Virus record (IMG/VR): IMGVR_UViG_3300006734_000007
Span: 1,907-65,906 of that record
Origin: a virus
Taxonomy: Duplodnaviria; Caudoviricetes
Length of the DNA: 64,000 nt
Strand: one strand, 5' to 3'
In this document: one piece after another, positions 20,201 to 30,900 of the stretch
Position numbering within the stretch: the stretch's first letter is position 1
How the letters are laid out: the number at the start of each line of letters is the position of its first letter
Program-made: the position numbers and the translations under genes
The notes under the pieces: generated by a model
The model's database searches: none
The model's input: the letters and a program-made list of their open reading frames with translations, nothing else
Told to the model about the DNA's origin: nothing

Positions 20201-23200
20201 TAGGGTGACCATCATCATCACGTCTTCCTGTTAAATTTTTATTGATTTCTTTTACTATTAATGCAAGCTCATTAGAAGTTTCAAATTCAGAAGCCAAAGT
20301 AGGATCTTCAGCTAAAACATCTGCTCTTTGTTTTGCAAGATCTTCAAATACTTGTTGAATAACCTGTAAGATTCTAGCTCTATCTGTATACCAAGATTCT
20401 TTAGGTATCTGTCTTGTATTAAGATCTACCCACATTTGCATTCTTTCATTAAGCTCTTCATAAAACTCTTCAGGTTTTGCTTTTTGATCAAATCCTTCTT
20501 CTGTCATTTCTAAAATAACTTTAGATTTTACAGAATTATAAGCTGTTGCAAATGCTCCCGGTATAGGGTTGTATTCGTAATAGTTTTTATTTTTTTCTCT
20601 ATTTTCTACAAGCACTTCTGCAATGGCCATATTAAGATCATCTTTGTCTCTACCAAAGTCATCTTTAAAACTAAAGAGCTTACTATACTCATTCCATAGC
20701 GCATCTATTCTTTCATAGTTTTGATGTGTTTTAAATGGATCTGGTAATGCTGGAGTTAATTGAGCAATCTCATCTAAAATTTCTTGAGTTTTTTCATAAG
20801 CCATTAATCCTACATTCTCAATCTTACCATTTACTTCTCTTGTAACATCCATTAACTCTTTCTGAAGATCATAAATCTCATCTACATATTTTCTATTAAA
20901 AAATAAAGAAGTTATTTGTTCTTTTTTCTTAATAGCATCTAAATATGCTTTTTCAGTATCTGGATTTTTTGTTGCGTACCAAGCTTCTTTAGCTTTCTTT
21001 TCTTCTATTTGAAGTTTAAGTATATAAGCTTTTGCTCCAATATGAGGATTTAATAAAGTTCTTGCTTCATAATCTTCATAATTACCATATTCATTAACAT
21101 ATCCTATATTATCATTAAATAATAATTTATCTGCAAGAGTTTGATAACGTGCACCATTAATTCCTAATTCTTTTAAATAAGGATTTATTTCTTGCATAAA
21201 TTCATTTTTATCTTTAAGAGCTTGCGAATGAATAGTATTTCGTGCATTTTTTAAAGTTGCAGCTAAAGTTCCTACAATAGGATCTGATTGACCAATAAAG
21301 TTTGTAACCCATCTATCAAATATACCATTAACGTCTTCTGTTAAAGCTCCAGCTAATAATAACTTAACCTTATCTGGGTTTACAATTCTACGATCTCTAA
21401 GTTGTTTTTCTCTTTTTATTGCTTCTTCATAATACTTTGCATTTTCAGGATTTTCTTTTATCCTTTCTTCATATTCTTTTTTTCTTTTTTCATATTGCTC
21501 ATTAGCCATTTGATTCATTGGCTCCATAAAATCTGCTACATAATCTCCTACATATTCAGCATTGATCTGCTGTATAACAGATTTCATATCTTTAATATTA
21601 TTTTGAGCAGTAAATAATATTTGAATAGTAGGATTAGTATTTGATATTGTTTCATTTGCAAATGCAGACTTTAAATCTTCAATAGCTTGATCAATATACT
21701 CAGACCAAAACTGTTGAAACTTCTTATACTCCATTACTTTAGTTATAGTAGATGCAGTATCAGGATTTTTAGCCAACAGTTTAAGATGTTTTAATGACTG
21801 ATCAGTTAACTCACGTAATTGTAATAAAGTATCTAAAAGAGCTTTTGTTTTTGCTCTAAAAATTTCAAGCTCGCTTTTTGTAATCTTACCATCATCTTGT
21901 GCTCTTACAAGTTTAGAACTTGTCCAAGGTCTAATACTAATAGCCATTTCATGTAAATAATTTCTATTATGAGGATTAGCCATTGGAGCAATAATTTGTT
22001 CATAAAGCTCTGGATCAGATTTTTTTAATGAGTTTAAAAAATTTAATTGTTTTTGTATTGCATTGTAATGTTTATCAATTGATTCTTGCAATTTGATTTT
22101 ATCATTACGATAAGCTTTTGTAATAGTATCTGCATACTGAGCAAGATCATCACTATAAGCAACAATATCTTCCATGCCTACACTAGTAACCGGAGCATCA
22201 AACTTATTTCCTTTTTTTAGCATGAATGCTAATTCTTCTATAGTAGTCTTTGGTGATAATTTACTTACATCTGTTTTAAAGATCTTTCTTAATAACTGTT
22301 TAATATAAAACCAAATCTTTTTAATAAATCTATTGAACTCAGGAGTAAGCTGTGCATCATCCATGAAATATTTTTCATTTAGAACTCTTACCATTGCTTC
22401 TTCCAAAACTATATCTGAAATATCACCTTTAGGAATTTCTAAAGCGGCCCATTCCATGTCAACAGGATTATTAGGATTTCTACCTTCTTCCTGCTCAATC
22501 ATTATTTCTTCTACAAGATCTCTTCCTTCTTTTGTACTAAGAAGTTCCTGCACTAAATTATTATATAGATCCGAATTGTTTTCTTTAATTGATCTAATTA
22601 AAGGGTGAGATATTTCGTGCACTGCTGTTTTTGCAGTTATATTATTATCAACAAAATAAATTTGATCATTAAAATAAAATGCTGCTTGTCCTGACCAAGG
22701 ATTTTCAGAATACTTAGTCATTTCTGTTGCTTGTTCAGCAGTAATAAAGTTTTCATCTGTAATATCTCTACCTACTTGAGAAACTAAGGCCTTAACTTGA
22801 TTTAAACTTAACAGTCTGTTTTTCTTATCTAATATATCACTAGCTTGTTCAGGATTAACTCCTTTAGAAAATTTAGATTTAGAATTTAATATTTGAACTC
22901 CTTCATTTTTAGAAGACTTTTTAATCATTGCTTGAAGATCTGCAGCTATAGGTTCAAAAGTCATCAATCTAAAACCTTTATTTTTAAATAGATATTTAGT
23001 ACCTTCTGTAACATAAGGTATAAATAGTATATGGTCATTCATGTCTTTAGCACGGCCCATTTTAATTTTAGCTTCATAAATCTGTTTCCAGCTATAATAA
23101 GTGTCGTCAAATCTTTGAGGATAATTTCCAGGTTTAGTTCTTAAAAAAAGATCTAATACATATCTTTTTTTTCTTGGTAATCCTGTATCCTTATCAACTT

Positions 23201-24956
23201 CCATTTCTGTAGGATGCTCTATATAACCCGTTATAGTTACATAATCTTGAGTTTTCTTTGCATTACCCATGAAAGCATTTTCATAAACAAAATCCGGAAA
23301 TACTTCTTTAACTTTTTGATACCAGCTTTGTTTATTTAAAAGTTTTTCAAACTCTTTAGCAAACTTAGGCCCTTTTCTTTTGTTTTCTAATTTAAGACCC
23401 GGCCCTTCAAGAAAATCTAAAATCTCTTGTTTGTTTTCTTCAGCTTCAAAAACTTCTAAAGGAATAATACCATCAATATCATGTAAAGATTCTGACATGG
23501 ATCTTAATAAAAATCCATATCGTCTAATTACTTGAGATCCACTTAACTTGTAAAGGCTTTGCAATTGCTTACCTTTCTCTTCAGTAAATCCAAAACCTTC
23601 TAATCCAAATAAAGTAGCAATAATTTGTGCAGCAAAAGGATCAGATTCTAAAGTTTCTTCATAGAATTTTTGTTCTAATCTTTCCCCTTGTACATTATAA
23701 AACTCACCATTTATATTAAAAGCTTGCTGCATTATCTTACTATAATCTTTCTTATATACATCATCAGCAATACTATTTGCTATATCATAAAGATCTTGTT
23801 GAGAAACTTTAGCAAAAGGTATATTGCCTAATAACCCTTGCATAATGATCTTATTATAAAACCAGTTCCATATTTTCTTAAAAATATTTTTTACAAATCT
23901 TGGTGATTCTTTCCAACCAAATCTTTCAAAATAATCTTTATTAATGGTTTCATTTTTAATTTTAGGTCCTTTGTACTCTGTTTGATAACCATACTCTAAA
24001 GCTTCAGCTATAAAATGATATATTACTTGTTTATGAGCCCAATAATTAAAAGGTTTATCTTTAAATATAAGATTCTTTATAGTTTTTTTAGCACTACTCC
24101 AAATTAAGTTATTTGCAATTGGACCTACTTCATATACTTGTAAAGCAAGTCTTACAAGTTCTCCTTCTTTTTCATATTCAACACCAAGATCTTCTGCATC
24201 ACCTATAGGATTTTTATCATCTCTAAACTTATCAAATTCTTTACTGTTATAGTAATCATATAGTGTTTGATAAGCATCCCACTTATCTATATTTTTAAAT
24301 ATATCTATACTTAGTTTTGTTTTTTTACCAAGCATTTCATATACTATGGCTGCAACTTGTAATGTAAATCTTCCAGTATCTATAGTGCTATGCAAACCTA
24401 GATACTTATTAATCATATCAAATGCAGCAATAGGATTATTATCATCATATAGATTGTCTAATATGTTATCTGCATTTTCATTAACATCAATATTTAAACC
24501 TTTTAGAAAATCAATTAGAGCTCCTCTTAGTTTTTCATTATATTCTGCATGTTTTTGCGCACCTAAACTAAGCTCTTCATTCATTTTGTTTACAGAATCT
24601 ATACCTTTGGATTCTAAACCCATTGCATAATTCTGCATAAACTTTAACATAGGATCACTATAAACAGGCTCATAATTTTCATCAAGCTCAATCTGTACAG
24701 TATATGCTAATTCATTATTTATTCTTGGTTCTAATTTTTTAATTTTACCTTCAGATAAAGCAACAAAATCTCCCCATGATTTTCTAAATTCAGATGTATA
24801 AAACCGGGCATATTGTCTTAATGCTCTTTCATCTGTTATACCAGGATGAGCTTCTTTAATACTATTAAATAAATTAGAACGCTTTCCATTAGGCGCTGTT
24901 ACATATTCAATTTGATTAGTTGTCTGATTTCTTACTACTTGACAATTTAAAGCCAT
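17238..24956 (-). CDS. giant virion-associated/ejected polyvalent protein (2572 aa), RNAP-cluster partner
   Basis: Next to the RNAP gene; zincin HEISH at ~22605-22619, NTase-like segment, long helical body, hydrophobic C-terminal segments. Confidence 0.75.
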   Translation of the reverse strand: MALNCQVVRNQTTNQIEYVTAPNGKRSNLFNSIKEAHPGITDERALRQYARFYTSEFRKSWGDFVALSEGKIKKLEPRINNELAYTVQIELDENYEPVYSDPMLKFMQNYAMGLESKGIDSVNKMNEELSLGAQKHAEYNEKLRGALIDFLKGLNIDVNENADNILDNLYDDNNPIAAFDMINKYLGLHSTIDTGRFTLQVAAIVYEMLGKKTKLSIDIFKNIDKWDAYQTLYDYYNSKEFDKFRDDKNPIGDAEDLGVEYEKEGELVRLALQVYEVGPIANNLIWSSAKKTIKNLIFKDKPFNYWAHKQVIYHFIAEALEYGYQTEYKGPKIKNETINKDYFERFGWKESPRFVKNIFKKIWNWFYNKIIMQGLLGNIPFAKVSQQDLYDIANSIADDVYKKDYSKIMQQAFNINGEFYNVQGERLEQKFYEETLESDPFAAQIIATLFGLEGFGFTEEKGKQLQSLYKLSGSQVIRRYGFLLRSMSESLHDIDGIIPLEVFEAEENKQEILDFLEGPGLKLENKRKGPKFAKEFEKLLNKQSWYQKVKEVFPDFVYENAFMGNAKKTQDYVTITGYIEHPTEMEVDKDTGLPRKKRYVLDLFLRTKPGNYPQRFDDTYYSWKQIYEAKIKMGRAKDMNDHILFIPYVTEGTKYLFKNKGFRLMTFEPIAADLQAMIKKSSKNEGVQILNSKSKFSKGVNPEQASDILDKKNRLLSLNQVKALVSQVGRDITDENFITAEQATEMTKYSENPWSGQAAFYFNDQIYFVDNNITAKTAVHEISHPLIRSIKENNSDLYNNLVQELLSTKEGRDLVEEIMIEQEEGRNPNNPVDMEWAALEIPKGDISDIVLEEAMVRVLNEKYFMDDAQLTPEFNRFIKKIWFYIKQLLRKIFKTDVSKLSPKTTIEELAFMLKKGNKFDAPVTSVGMEDIVAYSDDLAQYADTITKAYRNDKIKLQESIDKHYNAIQKQLNFLNSLKKSDPELYEQIIAPMANPHNRNYLHEMAISIRPWTSSKLVRAQDDGKITKSELEIFRAKTKALLDTLLQLRELTDQSLKHLKLLAKNPDTASTITKVMEYKKFQQFWSEYIDQAIEDLKSAFANETISNTNPTIQILFTAQNNIKDMKSVIQQINAEYVGDYVADFMEPMNQMANEQYEKRKKEYEERIKENPENAKYYEEAIKREKQLRDRRIVNPDKVKLLLAGALTEDVNGIFDRWVTNFIGQSDPIVGTLAATLKNARNTIHSQALKDKNEFMQEINPYLKELGINGARYQTLADKLLFNDNIGYVNEYGNYEDYEARTLLNPHIGAKAYILKLQIEEKKAKEAWYATKNPDTEKAYLDAIKKKEQITSLFFNRKYVDEIYDLQKELMDVTREVNGKIENVGLMAYEKTQEILDEIAQLTPALPDPFKTHQNYERIDALWNEYSKLFSFKDDFGRDKDDLNMAIAEVLVENREKNKNYYEYNPIPGAFATAYNSVKSKVILEMTEEGFDQKAKPEEFYEELNERMQMWVDLNTRQIPKESWYTDRARILQVIQQVFEDLAKQRADVLAEDPTLASEFETSNELALIVKEINKNLTGRRDDDGHPKGDDMTEEQLAEIKRLHELKESSKAAVMNLMGLTGEEMERMQEYWDILRRRKKKERDFNGKLVGLTEFEQEDYDFLKTKSDKLGISKIQKNKLFKALQELDDMQERLPTKYYTEIAENWYQRLIRPVLIQTLEGKKIATSVQEEDFLDPAFIDQFLEMDEEFKEWFESSHYETTVYQKGSAPQRMYARIDAWNIVRPSDPKDYESTKIYDEYSEKDITIIGQPGKQFWRREVKPEFWTGYDPNTGEIELKVGEHIDNRGFFMPKSLEAMEAKYQKDPDQFTEDMPYNMFINQDYYKLKNSTNKEDKAFFELLEIIKKYNLKWQEDIDEPSQRLMHELARYRPSNYEIAVTKEKESNRLFNKFDRWKENFLDNFRPNPEDFEDNLNYDNAFKFTVAEHNLNFERNNIPIGGIYKMDVNETSMDIIGSLLKFRLGILEHKALKDTSPIADAIKDLINNFDETKINDLRKKYTTNQLMALGYTDDDRKKFGKSNRQAIVNALYEINWEGRRVKKDSKGWAMTDKLINSILKSASHSFFSLDPVSGFKNYFGAQFQLRQEALFNNSGLVTYKGALAGEAWALNTMRLISQEVYTRDPNHINIQLTDLFDFAQGRFNEKFSDNVTRDIFKDIYSLSWTTSQRKWLELLASMEFFSAAMHTVKVDRKVGDQVEVLNYIDAWEIDPKTNDIKLKSGIDKKYAPGGSEFNRIKNAIHEYQNFNQGAYAAAEQGAISQYVLARPIFSMRRFFPKMLMRRFYADRRMQKSGIFKTKRFDFKNLEEHWNPALQRFEMGYWARSSRMIHRLISKEHPQYKPTKEDWFAVGRTISDPIKAKLWLWMWLTIFGIDWDPEDPDKWKKIRERSSAMPGPWTIDDANKDYNFGGWLQNQALLVALNTDVENRFFQNPREWIRMFKDLSISSQAVENLSNVVSLTAGGLMGSEKAFYKRDSGYTTYRQAGAWKGERVLYKIVGFKADKLFDPEQATRDLWGAINR

Positions 24957-24960
24957 AATT

Positions 24961-27900
24961 TTAACATTTATCTATTTGTTCAAGAACACTATCAATTTCA
25001 TTTTCCATATTTACTGCCCATTGTTTATCTGAAAAATCTTGATAAACTTCAATTAAATCACTTAAGCTAATATACTGAGAATTAGGATTAACATAAATAA
25101 AACTGTCAAATAATTGAGTAGACAATTCATCAAATAAATTAGAAACTAAAAATTGACCTGAGTCATTTATTCTAGATGCATTTAGATGATCCATTGCGTA
25201 TCCTACACTTAAAAATACTATTGGCTGTTTATCATTTATTTTAATTAATTCAGTTATAGATTTACTAATAACATCTTTAATTACATCCTGTTGACCTATT
25301 AATAAATCTCCTTTAGCATTATAAACCGGCAAAACATGTACATTATTAACACCTTCTATTGTATTTCCATTTTGATCCATTGCTAAACCAGTAATTGTTC
25401 CTGGTAATACAAATACTTTGGAAGGATTGTTTTCAATAATTTGTTTAAGATTAGTAGTGTCTGACATATTTAGAATCTCTGCATCGTAAGAATCTTCAAG
25501 TGCAGTAAACAACGTGTCTACTTTTAAACTATCTACATCTATTCTAGATTCTTCTCCTGTATGGAATACTTCAAACCCGGCACCAATTTCTAATAGATAT
25601 TCTATAAACTGAGTATCTACTCCTGGCATATCACCTACAACAAATCTTGCACCACTTTCATTTGCCTCAGCAATTTGAGATCTTGTTTCTTCAGATAATG
25701 GTGTATTTTTTAATTTACCATTTCTTGCTAGCATTACTATATCTCCAAATGACTTTTGACCATTAATTCTTTCAAAACTTACTCCCGTGTAAACACCATT
25801 TTTATTTTTAATAGTATCTTTTTCATCACCAGTTTGCTCTAATGAAGTTTTAGAACTTGAATTTCTATTTAAAACATTTAATTCTACAATAGCCGCGTCA
25901 GATTTTAATCTCATGGCTTGATCTTTTTCATCACCCCATTTAGTTCCTTTACCTGTATCAGCAGCTTTTACATTAATATCTGCATCTGACCACTTATTAC
26001 TATAACCTCCTTCATATTTAAACTGATCTTGATCAATTATAGACTGCCAATCTCTTACATCATCTGTAATAAAATCTAAATTTCTATTTCTAAAATTAGC
26101 ATTATTGATTTTGTTATGTTGCCTAAATTGATTTTGAAAATCCATAAGTACTGCTAAACCTATTGGACTATCAATTTCTTTAGCTAATTTATCTGTAGAT
26201 TTTTTTAAGAATGGCAATAAGTTTTCTTTAGGCATTACTCTACCAAGAGCAAATCTATTATCTATATTCATACCTGATTGCAAGAAAGCATATATAGGAA
26301 GCATTTCAAAGAACTTAGATATTTCACGATTTTCTTGAATTCCTTGAGGACTATCATCTAATACTTTCATTACATTTGGATCAGCTAATTCTCTAAATTC
26401 AGTAATAGCTGCATCAATTTCATTATTCTCTAACTTAGTATTTCTAAATTTAATATTGTGATACTTTACATTATTTTTAGAATCTGACTCATACTGAATA
26501 GATTCTAAAATAGCATAAGTATCTAACAGATTTGGATGGTTATTTATAATTTCTTTTACACGGTGCATAACAGAGTTATCACTATTAAACAGCTGGTGCA
26601 TGTTTAGAATATTATAAAGAGCTGTATCTTTTAACCATTCTTCATATACTTGACGTACTTGTCTTTTCTTTTTAGCATCAATACTCTCATCAGTTCTAGA
26701 ATCAATATCCTTAATACGATCATATCTTTTTGTAAACTCATTAGTCTTAATAAATTCAGCTAAAGGATTATTTAATCTTAATAATTCTCTTTCTATTGTA
26801 AACTTAACAAACTGATTATAACCTCTTGTATTTCTTTTAAATGTATTAGAATCTAATTCAGCTAATTGCAAAGTTTGATAATTTATATCTTCTAATATTT
26901 TTTCTGCTACTGCTGTTTTATCTTTATCTAATTTTATTTTTTTAGTTTTATCTGTAAAATTTTCTATACGACTTAATAAAACATTCAAAGGTTGTTGATC
27001 AATACTTTGAGCAAATGCTAAAGATTGGAATTGTTTTTTAAGAACATCTTTATCAATTAAGATCTCACCTGAATCTGGATTTACAATTACTCCGCGATTA
27101 GTTCTAGCATCTTTTAATAAATTTGAACTAATATTAACTTCATATCCTTTATATCCTTCTTTAATGTCTGTATCTAATACATCTTTTTGAAGAGCATATA
27201 CAACTAGATCATTTAAAAATTTATTTGCAAATCTTTCTTCAGTACCAAATTCAGATTTAATTTTAGATAGATTTTTTATATTTCCTGTTATACCAAGAAT
27301 ATATTTTAAAATTTTCTCAGATGTTCTTAATGGAAATACATTTTTCCAAAGATCTAATTGAAAACGTTGAATATCAAATGAACCAATTGGTGATTCATTT
27401 AAAATAGCATCTATAATATATGAAGGAAATACAGTATTTGTATATAAGTCTTCTTGCTTTTCAATTCTTTTAGCTGCCTCGTATAATGTTACAGATTTAG
27501 TTGTATCATAGTTTAAAGTAGTTTTTAATTTTTTGTAATCTTGTCCTATTTCTTCTATTTCTAAATAATGCAAAAATAAATCTCTTGCATCCATCATTGC
27601 TGCATTACTACTTGTAGGATCTGTTTTAACAACTTTATCCAAAGTTTTTGCATCTATAGATTTACCTTTAAGTTTTTTCTTTAATCTATTATTCATATCA
27701 TGAATTATAGACATATCTCGATTCTTAACAGCTTGAGTACTATTAATTACATTATAATCTAGAAGCATTTCTTTTCTAATTTGTGTTCTAAGATTCATGT
27801 AATCAATTTCTTTAGATTTATCAGTTTTAAGTCTGTTTTTATTATTTGCTTTAGAAAGAGCACTTTGAGCTTTTCTTAATCTTTGTCTATACTCTTCAAC

Positions 27901-30900
27901 AAGCGGATTTGAAACAAAGTCTACTGCAAGTTTTACAGGAACACCCATTTCTATTAAGAATAATAAAGTAGGCGCAATAACTTTATTACCATTAACATCA
28001 AAAATCCACCAATCTTTAGATACATCTACCCAACCATCAATAAGCATACTTAAGTTTCTACCAATTGATTCTTCGCCAAAAGCATCATATAAATGAGATA
28101 ATGAAACTACATCATACTCTTTATACTTAAGAGTATTATGAGGTAAGAATATATTTATTTCTCTTGCTTTATTAATATCTCCTTCATATAATTCTAGCAT
28201 AAATGCAAGATTATCTAATTTATCTTTAACAAGTTTAGATCTGCTTTCTGGATCAGGATATTGATTTTCTAAATCATCAATTTGTGCTTGAATTTTACCT
28301 GTTTGCATTTCCTCTTTAGCTATTTCATAAGCTTCTAGAGATACATTATAAATAGGATTTAAATGTGCACCTACACGATCTAAAATAGTATTGAATGCAT
28401 TTTCTACTGCACCTATTCCAAGTACTGCTTTACCTTCTGAGTTAACATCATGAATATGCATGTTATAAGTAGGTGAAATTGTAGAAGATCTACTAGGTTT
28501 AGATAATTTTTTTCTTTTACCGTTTTCATTTCTTTGATAAGAAAGCATAGAATTATAAGCACCTGGTCTATCTTCTTTCTTTTCTCTCATTTCAGCTGCC
28601 AACATTTTCATTGGATCAGCATTATTTGGAGTTAATAACGTATGATACTTAAGAGGATTTGAAAGCATTGTCCAAAGTCCAATCATTAATTCATTTTCAA
28701 TTGCTTTAACAGACTTACCTTTTAATTCAAGTTCTAATTTTCTTAGTTTATTATTTAAAGGTTCTAAAGCTTTATCACGTTTTTCTATGATCTTTTGGTA
28801 CTCAGGATTATTTTTAACTTCATCTGAATTTTTAATTTCTTTTTCTAAAAATTCAATTTGAGATGATAAAGTTGTAATTTCTTCTCTAAGTTGATCTAAT
28901 TTAATTGGATCAATAGGTACAAGACCTTGCTTAAATCCTTCTTCATACATATCAACTTTATCACTCATTTCATCTCTCTTATCACGTAAAGGTTGAATTG
29001 TACTATTACCAATAGCTTTATATACTTTAGCTATTCTGTTACCAAACTTTTGATGAGTCTTTTTAACTTTTTTCTTAACGCTTTTAATATCATCTTTAAT
29101 TTCATATTCATCTCTAACAGATTTAGAATTAAGTACCATAGTAGGTTTGCCATGCATCAAAGAAATGTTAGCCATTAATAATGTAAGTTTATCAATATCA
29201 AAGTCACCACCAGACTTAGCTACTAATTCAGATGGAGCAATTAATATATTACCTTCAGAATGTGGTAAAAACTGTTTAACATGGAAGAATTCCATTGAGT
29301 TATCTTCCTGAACTGGAATACGTACACCTACTAATGTAATAAGCATTAGATTCTCTTTTAGAGATCTCCATTCTGGGTCATTGATTAATTCATTTAATCT
29401 AACCAATGATTCTTTTTCTAAAATATTACCATCTTCATCTTTAACATATACAGGATCTCCATCCATATGAGTTAGATACAATAGATTATAATAATCTCCT
29501 TGCATTGCAATTTTAGCATCTGCTCCTATAGTTCGTTCATTATTAGCAACCTCATATCTAGTAAAATTGGTTTTCTTTCTTTCTGTATATGCTTTAGCTT
29601 GCAACTTGGCATCTTCCATAGAGTCAACCAAGATTATATCTGCTTGTTCACCTGTACCATCTATAATTGTATTATGAGCATAATATTCTCCATATATCAT
29701 TATAGAATCTTTGTACATTTTACCTTTAACTCTTTCACCATCTTTAGTATCTAGAGTTATATCATCTTTATTAATGTGTTTATGTTCTCCGGTTCTAGGA
29801 TCTTTTACATAAATGTATTTATGATCACCATCAATACTTCTTACAATTACATCAGCAGTCTTTTCTAAATCCCCTTGAGTAGTAATTGTTCCTTCGAATT
29901 CTCTAGCTGCTTGATAATACTCAAGATCATTAGTTCCATGTTTAGCTTTCTGTTCATCAGTCGGCTTACTTGGTTCAAATAAAGTTGTAGCAAGCTGAAT
30001 CAACATTTCACCATTTGGTCTTTGTCTTACAAGTGTATTGTTTATAAGAGCAGTTAAAGACTTTTCAATAACTGGTGTAACAGGTGAAATAGAAATGTCA
30101 TAAAGAAGGCCATCCCCTTTAGAGTTAACATCAATCATATCTAGATCTGTTGTAGGAAGCCCTGCATTCTTAAGTTCTCTCTTAAGTAAATCCACTAATG
30201 ATTTAATTTTATTTATTTCACGCGTACCATTTTTAATATCTTCTTCTGTCCAACCTGTAGACTTTACAAGGACTTTTTTCTTTCTGTCAATTAATTCTTG
30301 GATGTTATTCTCGTACTGAATAATCTCTGTATAAGCTTGAGACTTTGCAAGTTTTTCAACTTCTTCTAGTTTATCCCATTCAGTTTTTCTTTTTGCAGGA
30401 TCAACGTCAGGCATAAAATCAACAGGTACACCTGCTTCCATATAACCTTTTTCTACAAGCTTTCTCATCTGAGAAGACATCGTATTCTTACGCTTAAACT
30501 TACTAGCTACATCTAACTGATTCTTAAGATATTCTAAATGTATAGTATTTGCTTTATAGTATTCAGTAGCCGGATCATTTAAATCTAAAATAGGTGCTTC
30601 ATCTATTGTACGCACACCTTTTCCAAAATCTTCTTCATTATAAAGTATACTAGCTTTTTTAGTATTCTTATCTACAACTGTAGAAATTTTACTTCCTGAT
30701 AAATGCAAAGCAATAGCAATCTGCTGTTTAACCATATTGTTATGAAGTATCTCAGCATTAGTATTTTCTATTACATTAGGTACTAATGGTGCAACTGAAT
30801 ATTTATGAAAAGCATGTGCCGGCAATCCCATCATTTTTGCAAGAGGTCCCCAGTACTGGAATTTTTTTGAAGGGAAGAACTGAACATATTGATTAGCATA

